In this document: positions 27,507 through 39,500 of the stretch, piece after piece
Layout: each line of letters begins with the position of its first letter
Numbering within the stretch: position 1 is the first letter of the stretch
Assembly: GCA_051362555.1 (NCBI GenBank)
Contig: CM120648.1
Location: 19,712,587-19,776,586 of the forward strand
Reading direction: 5' to 3'
Origin: Lingula anatina
Taxonomy: Eukaryota > Animalia > Brachiopoda
Length of the DNA stretch: 64,000 nucleotides
The notes under the pieces: generated by a model
Told to the model about the DNA's origin: nothing
Database searches by the model: none
Seen by the model: only the letters and a program-made list of their open reading frames with translations
Made by a program: the position numbers and the translations under genes

Positions 27507-30500
27507 TCACTCACTCTCACACACACACACACACACAGTGAAATAAAATAACAAAGATATTATAACACGACGTCTCTTATTCTCTCTCTCTTCTTTCATC
27601 TCTCTCTCTCACTCTCTTTCTCTTTCACACATATGTAAAAACGATGACTTAACTAAGGCAGAAGGATTTGTTTTGCAGCCACCCCATTGTGTAAGAAACC
27701 CAGCGGGAACTTTGAAGAGCCAGCAGACTGCCACAAGTTCCTCTCCTGCTATTTATACCGCGTTGTCCGCCACAGACCGTGTCCCGCTGGTCTCTACTAC
27801 GACCAGGCATCAGACAGATGTGATTATCATTTTAACGTCAATTGTCATAAGCGGCCCGTGATCGATGTCGTCTTGATGCCAAGGAACACCACTACGGAAG
27901 CAGCGCCATCTATGGTCATGTCAAACACCTCAGATGTCGCGGCAGGTATTCAGCATCATTGTGCAATTACTTCACATTTCATTAATTTCTTGTTTCTGAA
28001 ACCAATACCCAGAGGCATTGATTTTAAAGATGTATGGGATAAACGGTGGAGAGAATTGCACCATTAGAACGACATACTAACTTTTTTGACATTCTTTCAC
28101 TCAGATTAATTAAAAAGTCTGTTTAGTCTAGGTTATAATAACCACTTAATATGGAATATTATTTTTTGGCGAGTAAATTTACGACAAAATATTTAATTTC
28201 TCTCAAACTACTTTAAATCCAAAGCTGAGGTGTCACTCCATGTGTAGCCTGGCCCCCGTTTTACAAAAAAACTTAAGTCGGTTTCCCTGACTAAGAGCTT
28301 GGTTACCAACATAATTAAGTCGTTACGTCACTAAGTCCCGTTTCACAAAGAATCTAAAAGGTCGCTTACGTCGTTTTTTTTCTTAGCTGCTCGTCGACGA
28401 TGTCTAGCCTCCTCGGGAGGAGACTTAAGTCGGCAAGCTCAACTAAAACTCGGTAAATCAGAGCATAAACAACAAAAATTTTGGAAAGAACATACCTCCT
28501 TGAAGATATTGTGTTATAATGTCCTTGAATAGCACTGACATTTATGGAATATTGAAATAAAAAATAAAATGCCACTTCACCCAGCCGATCGCGTGTTTGT
28601 TTATGTTTTTGACCGCTAGACGTCCGTCAGCAGTGTTCCACGACAAGCTAATGTTTAACTGTTACTTTGAAGTTGTATCGAAGTTAAACTAATCAATAAA
28701 GTTCAAAAACAAACTTTGTTTGTGTTTTGGCTGATTTTTATCTTTGATAAACGATCGTTCTCGGCCGAAAGAAGCCATGAAACGTCATGTCTCGTGAAAC
28801 TTTTGAAACTTTACACCTCCTTTTCTTGAAGAGTTTCTCGTGCGCGTCGACTACGGTAAGCACGCCAAGCTAAGACGTTAGATTCTTTGTGAAACACTCC
28901 TAGTCGACTTCAGCGTAGTCGACCTAGCTATAGGTCACCTAGCTCGAGCTAGTCGACTACGGATTTAAGATTTTTTGTGAAACGGGGGCCAGGTGTGTTA
29001 CCTAATTACCACACAACTCTCGAAACAATTGATGCATGCAGTTGCATGTTCTGTGGTCAGAAAAGTGAGGGGTGGTCTTTTCGGCAATTTCTGCCCTTTT
29101 ATAAAAACGCATGGGTTTGGTCAATCTTTGGAGTGTGTTTAGAGAAGCAACAAAGGGATCGCTCTGAAACTTGACAGGTACCTTAGTGAAGATATGGTTC
29201 GACAGCTAAGCAACGCAGCTTACTATGGGATTCTTGCTCTCAGAGAAAATGGCCAGAAACGGACAGCCATTGCCAGATAATTCAACATTTATCAGGAACC
29301 GTTTGTGAAGTCCTCCAAAGAAATGCTGCAACAGGGGCACCTACTCCAATACCTCGACCAGGGTGTCCGCGTATCACACCAAGAAGACAGGATCGCCTTC
29401 TCCTTAGAGGACGCCGTGCTGGTCGTACAAAGACAACCAGTGTCCTCAGAAAAGAGAGGAAGAATGTCATTCAAACGCCCGTTTCAAGGTCCCTCGTGAA
29501 CAAGAGATTACTGCAAGCCGGTTATTTTGCACGAAGGCCAGTAGGGAAACCACTGTTAACAGCAGGTCATATACAGCGACGTCTGCAATAGGCTGGGGAC
29601 CACGTGCGTTTGCAGCCAAAACACTGGAATCACGTCGTTTTCAGTGATGAGGCAGATATGGATTTTTTAGGGTTGATGGTCGAATCCGTGTCCACCGACG
29701 TGTACGAGGGTCATAAAACGATGATTGTGTACTGCCTAGGGTGCAAGCATGGGATGGTAACGCCTCTGTTTGGGGAGCATTTCTTGTCGGTGCCCAGAAC
29801 CAGTTGGTTTTTCTAGGAGGCAACCTCATCCAGGATTCCTACAGAGACATTCTACAGCAAACAATGCTTCGATTGGTAGGAGTCATCTTCATCTTTGTGT
29901 ACCAAGACTACTGCGCAACCCCACATCGAGGCCGCAGAATCACTGTTTTTCTTCAAAACCAATGGGTTCAGCAACTGCCCTGGCCTGCAAACTCTCCAGG
30001 TATGAATCCAATTGAAAATCTGTGGGCGGAAGTAACTCAAAGAATTAATAGCTATGGTCCTCGGCCGGTAAATAGTGATGAACTGCGACAGGCAAATATC
30101 ACTGCGTGGAATGACATCCCCACCCAAACTCTAAAAAACGTGTCACAGGGTATGCCATGTAGAATGAGGGCGCTGCAAGCGGCTGCTGGAGGTCATACCC
30201 GCAATTACTGACTTTTCATGATTTACTGTAGTGAGTTCTTTGATTGTGTAACATATCAATGTCCGGAGGCTATCATTTTCTTTAATATCTTATCTTAAAA
30301 TTTATACTGACATCAAACTGTTGATATGGTTTTCTGGGGGTGTTCCTTTCTTTTGAATGGCATCTTATGTCAGTTTTGATATTATTGACCAAAATATCTC
30401 TCAGCAGAAGACTGGATGTTATTATCACTCAGTGACATATTTTTCAATGACTCAAGCCAAAAAAATAATAATCAGCACTCAAAAATAACAATGATAAAAA

Positions 30501-33500
30501 ATATTCCATATTAAGTAGCAACCCTGTACGTTGAGTTATTACTGTTGATTAAACTTAATGGGCCACGTTTAGAAAAGATGATCCGAGTACTAACTGATCC
30601 ACCTACTAAATATGGCCGACACCACTACAAAAGAGCTGCCGCTGATTCTCTATGGTCTCCCCGCCTCCACATGCGCCGTTGCTGCAGGGGCCTAGCAATT
30701 AAACCTCGGGCCGAGATTAATTTCGTTTATGGTGTAATTCGTTTAATTCCATATTCCAGGCGTTCCTTCTTGTCTGGGTCCAGACGGCCTGTTCCCACAC
30801 CCGCTTCACTGTAACCAGTACATCGCCTGTTATGGCGGCGTTCCCATGGAGACGTTCTTCTGCCCAGAGAACCAGAACTTCGACTTCAGGGACGGTCATT
30901 GTAAGAGGAGAGATAACGTCACCTGCGTCCAGCGTCCGTGGTTGATGCGGGAAGGTCCTGTACCTGTAGGTAAGGTCAAAACATAGTCTCTGAAGACAGG
31001 GGCCGCAGTACTTAGTCTCTGAACACAGGGGCCGCAGTACTTAGTCTCTGAACACAGGGGCCGCAGTACTTAGTATCTGAACACAGGAGCCGCAGTACTA
31101 AGTCTCTGAACACAGGGGCCGCAGTACTTAGTCTCTGAACACAGGAGCCGCAGTACTTAGTCTCTGAACACAGGGGCCGCAGTACTTAGTCTCTGAACAC
31201 AGGGGCCGCAGTACTTAGTCTCTGAACACAAGGGCTGCAGTACTTAGTCTCTGAACCCAGGAGCCGCAGTACTTAGTCTCTGAACACAGGGGCTGCAGTA
31301 CTTAGTCTCTGAACACAGGGGCCGCAGTACTTAGTCTCTGAACACAGGGGCCGCAGTACTTAGTCTCTGAACACAGGGGCCGCAGTACTTAGTCTCTGAA
31401 CACAGGGGCCGCAGTACTTAGTCTCTGAACACAGGAGCCGCAGTACTTAGTCTCTGAACACAGGGGCCGCAGTACTTAGTATCTGACGAAGGGGGAAATG
31501 AAGTATTTCTTAATGAGTGGGGACAATGGTCCATCAATTCAGGCACGCACGTAAATTATATTACAATAAGAACCGAGTCAAACAATTCCCAAATTTTTTT
31601 ACTTTTTTTCAGTGGGTAATGGCAGTTGCATGTTTTCACAGGACGACACCAACTGTGGAGGCTTTGTCCTCCACTGCCTCAACTCCACAGTGAACTACTC
31701 CTGTCCCGGGGAACTGAGGTACGACGAGAACACCGCAGAATGCAAGATGGCCGCCTGTCGGAGACATTTAATATTTCATAGACGATGTCAATAATTTCAA
31801 GTCATAACTTTTATTGTATTCTCTATAATACGTTGTGTCAATTTTGAAGAGGCTGAGTAGGGCTTGTTTACCTGTCGCATTAAGAAGCCAGTGATAAGGA
31901 AGTGTATGAAGCCATTGGCTGGAGTACGTACTAAATGTTGTAATATTGAATAGAGAGTCAGGATGTACCTGAGCAGGCAACGAGTTCACATTAAACGATA
32001 GTCACATTAAACGATGGTCATTTTTGTCAGTGTGGATTTCCTCTGTAGCGTCTAGACGTAAAAATTTCGACCGCGAATCTGGAAGGCTATATACTAAAGC
32101 GTTATCCTAACTAAAGTATCCAACGGTGTCCGCATTTCGAGCTCAAGTCTAAATTACGTTTATATCTAAAATTGCGTGGTTCCGGACACGTTTTGGCGTC
32201 GCTCGCCAGTTAAAATTTTTACGTTTCGCAAGAGGAATATCTGAGCTTACACAATGGCCGAGGGGATGCAGCAACTCGTGGAGACGCTGCAAATAATTGC
32301 ACAGGACATTCAAGGAGGGCATGTGCGTTCTATCAAAGAGAGGAGAATAGAAGAGGCGGCTAAAGGTATAACAGTCTGCGACGGAGCAGTGGTGTCGGAG
32401 GTAAGGTCGTACTTAGACGACCTAGAGGTAATGTATGCTTCTTTACATGATATTGTCGGGGGAGCAGTTAAATTGGTAACGAAAACGTCAAGGGGGGCCC
32501 TTAGGAGGGAGATAGAAAGGTTTTTACAAACGCAGCCGGCAAGGCTAGAAACCCCGTGGAGAGTAATTAAAGAACACATACAACGATCTTTCTTATCGGC
32601 GAATGAATCCGAGCGCCTTAAATCGGAATTGGAGGTTTTACGACAAGCATCGTTCGAGACGTTGCTGGAATTTAATAGAAGGTTTAGGGAGGCGGCAAGC
32701 CGCGCGTACGCCGCTCCACGTGGCGCGGATACGGAGAGATTTATCGTGAGAGCATATACGCGCGGGTTGTTGGATCAGAGATTGGCTGAGGAATTAATAG
32801 TCAGGGGTCGACCTGAAACTCTGGAGGCAGCCATTCAGTGGACTGAAAACGAAAATTGCGGGAGAGAAATTTTTCGACAAATGACCACGCAAGGTCATCA
32901 CGCGCCGCAGACTAACGTCATCGCACAAAACAAATTTGCCGCGACGGTTGTTTCACCAAGGGTAGAGGAAGATATGGATATATCTTCTATGAACGCGATT
33001 AATAAAGATACGGCATTACTTTTATCCCAATTACAAGAGACCTCCAAAAGCATACAACAAGCACTTAAAGCGCAGGAGCGCATGCAAACGCGTATCGCAA
33101 AAGTGGAAACGCACGTGTACAACTCTCCAGACCACACTCCTACGGCGCGAAATCGTATACAGAAGCCACACCAACAATCGCGTAAACAGAAAGGTTACGG
33201 TTCACCGCGGGCTTACCGAGATATTGCAGGTTGGCGCGAAGACGGTACGTTATTATGTTTTCACTGCAACAAACCGGGGCATAAAAAAGCGGAATGTTAT
33301 CAATTAAAACGTCAAAGGAATCATTTAAACTAGTTACCGCAGGCGCTATGACCAGACCACAGAGTTATAGATTAGGCGTAGCACTATCCGTTAACGGAGT
33401 GCAGTGTAAAAGCTTGATTGACAGTGGTGCCAGTTGTAGTTGCCTGCGTTTAGACATGTTTTTGAAAATCTGCAAAGCAACGGGTAGAACGTGTTTTTTA

Positions 33501-36500
33501 GAGAAGACCAATGAAATTTACAGTGTGTCGGGAGAGAAACTCGAGGTCAAAGGCAAGGCAAGAATAAAAATTGACGGGGCCGGTATTTTTGAGGTCGTGG
33601 TGATCGCGAACATCGGGCATGAAATGATACTGGGGATCGATATTTTAAAGAGCGGGAATGCGGAAATAAATTGCGTACAAAAGACAATGGTCTTCTTCGA
33701 CAAAGAATGGCCCTTGACCGACTATGGACGGCCAGGTCTGATCGCGGAAATAGTTCAGTTGCCACCGTCATCGGGAAATGACGATATTGACGCGATGATC
33801 AACGAATACCGCGACGTATTTAGTTCGACCGAGAATCCCCTAGGCAAATGCGACCTGTTGCCAATGATTATCGACACCGGAGACAATAGACCCGTTCAAC
33901 AACGAGCTTATCGCGCACCGCTGGCAAAAAGAGAACTCATAGAAAAGGAAATACAAAATTTGCTCGATAATGACGTGATAAGGCCGAGTCAGAGTCAGTG
34001 GAGTTCCCCGGTACTTCTTACGCCGAAATCAGACGGTTCCATGAGATTTTGCGTCGATTATCGCAAAGTAAACGAGATAACAAAGGTCGATAGGTATCCG
34101 TTGCCACTTATCAGCGACATTTTTGACAACATGGGAGGAGCGGCGTATTTTAGCGTCCTGGACCTGAAACAGGGGTTTCACCAGTGCACGTTAGACGAGG
34201 CAGATATGCACAAAACCGCTTTCATTTGTCACAAAGGCTTATTTGAATACAAACGTGTCCCGTTTGGTTTGGTTAACGGACCTAATCACTACCAGAAGCT
34301 GTTAGATCGCGTTTTAAACGGCCTTATTGGGAAGTCGGTGTACTGTTACATTGACGACTGCGTGATTTTCTCGAAAACAATGGAGGAACATGTCGAACAT
34401 GTGCGTCAGGTGTTAGAAAGATTCCGCGAAGCTAACCTCAAAATCCATCCAAAGAAATGCGAATTTGCCAAAAGTGAAGTACATCTCCTCGGTTACATCA
34501 TAAGCAAAGACGGGATTCGCAGCAATCCCGACAAATTACAACCAATTAAAAACATGCCGACGCCGCGAAAAGCGAAAGATGTTAGGTCCTTTTTAGGCAC
34601 ATGTAACTATTATGCGCGTACGGTCCCTGATTTTGCAAGAGTAGCAGCCCCATTGTACAAACTAACGAAGAAAAACGAGCGATTTGAGTGGAGGGAAGAG
34701 CATCAGAGAAGTTTCGACAGATTAAAAGAACTGCTTATGTCCAACAAAGTGATGGCGCACCCGCGAATAAACGAGCCGTACAAACTCTACACGGACGCTT
34801 GTAATCACGCGATAGGCGGTGTTTTGGTGCAGACAGACGAACAAGGGAAAGATAGAGTGGTTCAGTATGTCAGCCACAAATTGTCACCCAGTCAACAACG
34901 GTACTCGACCATCGAAAAAGAAGCGTACGCGGTCATGTACAATGTCAACAAATTGCGACCGTATTTGTGGGGGGCAGATTTGACCATTTACACCGACCAT
35001 AAACCCCTGAAAGCGCTATTTTCTTCTAAACTGCAAAATGCAAGGTTGCAAAGATGGGCGGCAATTTTAGCTGAATATAATCCTAAAATTGAATACATAA
35101 AAGGCGCGAAAAACGTGTGCGCGGATTTTCTGAGTAGACTCCCATCAGAGCGCGAGGAAGTAGCCATTATCGACACGGAAGAGGATTGGGTGGATCCGAG
35201 GTCATTTCCTGATAGCATGGCTTTACATAACATCCCGATAGAAGCCGATGGATTAAATGTTGATGACATACGACAACATCAAATCGCGGAATTTCCGGCG
35301 GAGATAGCCGAAGCTCAAAACGAAGACTCGGATTACGAAATTCTTCAAGGGATTCTTTACTCGGTCAGACCACCTAATCCGACAGAACCCGATTATCCGC
35401 GTCTAGTGCTACCCAAACAGTTCAGAAACAATATCATTGCCCGTTGCCATAAAGATGTTGGACACATGTCCGTGTATAAGACACTCTGCCGAGTCAGGGA
35501 GTGTTATGTTTGGAAAGGGATGAGAAAACACATCTCTAAATGGGTAAAAAGATGTCCAACTTGTCTAGCCCATAAAAGTACTCCCCAAAGAACCACCTTA
35601 GGCGAATTGCCAATGCCCGCTTACCCCTTTCAAGTTGTGGGTATGGACCTGATTGGCCCGTTTCAAGAATCACCAAAGGGAAACAGGTATTGTTTGAATG
35701 TTATTTGTTATTTAACGGGTTGGGCCGAAAGTTATCCCATTCCGGACAAGTCTTCAAAAGCAGTTGAATTGGCTTTAGCTACAGAATTCTTTCCCAGACA
35801 TAGCATACCAGAAATTATCATCACAGATAGAGGTAGCGAATTTAGCGCGGGGGAATTTCGCAATTATCTTCAAACAATGGGTGTAGATCATAGGCGGACC
35901 ACAGCTTATAACCCCAAATGTAATGGCAAAGTTGAAAAGTTTAATCAATGTTTCAAAGGATTATTGGCCCGCCTTGTTAACAACAATACTCGCACATGGG
36001 AAGAGCAGATAGCTAATGCTTTGTTTGCTTACAGGAATAGTGTTTCCTCAGTGACCGGGTACACACCATTTTTCCTAGTTTATGGCAGGAACCCTAGAAT
36101 GCCACTGTCGACGTTGGTAGGTGCATCAAATAACCATCATCCTTTGAAAGGTCGGCTCAGTGATCTGTCTGACGCTCTAACGGCAGCCCGAGATAATCTT
36201 CAGGCAGCTAGATTAGAGAACAAAAGACGTTTCGACGCTAAGGCGAACGCTAACAAAATTGAGGTAGGTGATTCAGTTATTGTTTTCGCACCTGATAACG
36301 TGACTTTTGGATCAAAATGGGACCCAGTCTGGACAGTGACCAGACAAAGAGGGAACGTCTTCTGGGTAAGTCATCAGCAAACAGGTAAGTCGCGTGTAGT
36401 GAACAGGGACAAATTACGACTTGTGGACAGAGGATTAGCCTGGGATGAGATCAGACCACGTGCGCGTCGAGTTTTCAGGAGACGACCCAACCCAATAAGA

Positions 36501-39500
36501 GCTGAGTTGCAACTTGGTACCACACCAGTCAACGCCAACGCTCCAAGGGCAGAGGTCAACCAGCGCGCAGCGGTAAGTAACTCCAACGGGCGTAGCCAGG
36601 TAGCGGAGAGGATCGAATCCGAGATGCCGGTAAGTGTTGGAGGTGAGTCACAGGCAGCTTCACGCAGGCCAACATTGCATGCAAAACGTAAGCATAACAC
36701 CATAACACGACACCACACGCCCACGCACTCACATAATACAAGGTTTAGGAAAAGATGTATCCAAGCAACGGAACAGGAAGATGCGCTGTTGTCGCAGATT
36801 GAAGGGGACGAACTAGACGGTCCCCAGCCTGTCAAGGCGTTAAGGATAACCGACAGTGGGTCGGGAGAGAATATGGAAGTGGACTCCATGCATAGATAGG
36901 AGCATGGGTAAGTAAAATGGCGGTTTTAAGCATATTGCTTGGTATTTTAGCCCCAGGGTGAAATGGGGGTGGCAGCAGCTACCTGATGGCGTCCTAGTGA
37001 CCCAGAGGCAGCTCTTTGGCGGTGACAAAGGCCGTATGGACGGTAGAAGTCACCAAGGAGAAACCGCTGGTAGTCTAAGAGGAGACTGGTAGTCTCAGGG
37101 TAGACTATGGATACGGATCGCCGTAGTAACACGGGATTACGTAGAACAGACTGAGGGAGGTGTACATAACCTCAGTGGACAGGGAACAAGGGCGAAAGGG
37201 ATAACGGTTAACTTTAACCCTTTCTGCAGGTAAAATGACTCTCAAACGGCTGTACCAGCCTTGGCCAGGGCGGGTCCAGTCGGTTCGAGCGAAGGTGCAC
37301 ATTCGTCTCGGACAAAACTACGAGGGTTATTTGACTTTGTAGGATGGGCGGCTAATGTTCCTTTTGGTATCGGCATATTCTAAAGTGCTGACCAGTGTCG
37401 CCAGGTTGTTCAAGAACGACATGTTCATGATAATACTAGGGAGTTACCTAGTGAGGTGTTCTTTGTTTCTTTTTTTCTGGTACTTGGGTTATCCCACGAA
37501 ATTATATTCGCTAATTTCATGTAAAACTTGTATTTTTCAGAAAAAGTAAGAGCCTACTAAGGTGACCATCCAAGAAGCCACGCCGAGCAAGACGAGCATT
37601 TTATCCCAGAATCCACTGGGAGTCTTGAAATATAATGATATTGAATTTCATTTAGTTTGTAAAGATTTATTTTTTCTTTACATGGCGAGCTCAAATTTGG
37701 ATTCAAAATGTGTTCATAAAGAATGAGGAGGGTGATGTCATACCTAGCAAGGGCAGGTATACATACCCCATATTTTTGTCACTTGATTCTATGAACTATG
37801 ATACAATTAATGTGGATATAGGGTTATTTTCGATATAGCACTTATGTTTTTTCTCATTTTTCTGGTAGACAGCGCATGACCCAAGGAAGCATGGAAATGT
37901 ACAAGTAATTTTGGTTTCCAATATTATTGTAGATAGATAATGATTTTCGTATACTACCCTAATGATATTTTTCTTTTTCTTCTAGAGAGCACATAGCCCA
38001 GTGGACGGAGTAAAAGGATAAAATATTAACGCTTATAACAATTTTTTTTCAATTAACATGAATTCTTTTTCAGAAAATCCGCATTTTGCGTTTTAAGTGT
38101 ACTTTCAGTTTCAGAGCGAATTCCGTAGCAGTGTCAAATAGGGCGCGGCTACAACCATTACCGGGCCGTCTTCGATTTGTGATCTACGACATGTTAACAC
38201 CAGCGGGGAGTGATAGCTGAGAGGGTTCCACCTATGGAGGCATCGCCCTTTTCCATCCTACGAGTTGTCTGTAATCTACACAACGCACGGGCGGCCTTCA
38301 CTCTCCGACGCTATTATCATCGGCGCTCCGATCGTCATGGTGGGCTACGAATCGTTTGGGTTTACTGGTGGATGTAGTCACTTCGCATTGGCTACGCACA
38401 AGATATATGGACTCTAACTAGAGAACAAATGACTCATATATTAAAAAGAAAGAAATATTAAAGCAAATGGTCGAGAGACAACTCGATTTTTTGTTTTTTT
38501 TTGTGCTGTCTGAGCAATTGGGTAAACCTATGTCCCTCTTCCTAAAGAAAAAAATAGGGAGAGGCTGGCGCAGCCGGCTCTCAGCACCGTTTTACATTTG
38601 CTTATTCAAGGTGTTGCTTGCTCAGAATTATTATTATTATTACTATTGCTAACTTTTTGATGCATATAATATGTTCCTTGGTGTTGTTTTAATGACTATA
38701 ATTTTCCTGGTGCTAATAGCAAAGTGCATAATACTTAGTGTGTAGCGTACATTATTATTATTATTATTAGATTAAAATAATCTGGTAAATAGGGTTTCCA
38801 TGGTAATGCTTGCAGGGTTTAATTGAGATTCTCATTTTAAGTAAGGCCGTATAATTATTTGAACGTCTACAAAGTAAGAAAAATTTCATATATATATTCC
38901 ATTTTTCTTTGTTTGGGAAAGGGAGGAATATGTCGGAGACATTTAATATTTCATAGACGATGTCAATAATTTCAAGTCATAACTTTTATTGTATTCTCTA
39001 TAATACGTTGTGTCAATTTTGAAGAGGCTGAGTAGGGCTTGTTTACCTGTCGCATTAAGAAGCCAGTGATAAGGAAGTGTATGAAGCCATTGGCTGGAGT
39101 ACGTACTAAATGTTGTAATATTGAATAGAGAGTCAGGATGTACCTGAGCAGGCAACGAGTTCACATTAAACGATAGAAACTGGTCATTTTTGTCAGTGTG
39201 GATTTCCTCTGTAGCGTCTAGACGTAAAAATTTCGACCGCGAATCTGGAAGGCTATATACTAAAGCGTTATCCTAACTAAAGTATCCAACGGTGTCCGCA
39301 TTTCGAGCTCAAGTCTAAATTACGTTTATATCTAAAATTGCGTGGTTCCGGACACGCCGATGTTGACTGTAACGGCAGACCAGAATATAGTAGGTCAAAT
39401 CTATATTCAACCTGAGATATTTAGTTCAATGAACTGTCACTATGCGGTTGGTATGAAACCAGTTCTGGTGCAGTTTTACATACGTCATCGTTTAGACTCT

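Larger units (their letters stand above)
31756..39354 (+). mobile_element. Full-length Ty3/gypsy LTR retrotransposon with decayed env-like region
   Basis: LTRs 31756-32188 and 38931-39354 (TG..CA; identical by eye except one 13-to-4 nt replacement); 4-bp TSD CGCC; PBS TGGCGTCGCTCGCCAG at 32194; PPT GGGAAAGGGAGGAA at 38915. Confidence 0.97.

Noticed and set aside
30984-31486. 29-bp regular repeats resembling a CRISPR array
   Set aside because: Head-to-tail units with no unique spacers, no cas genes, and a eukaryotic intron context.
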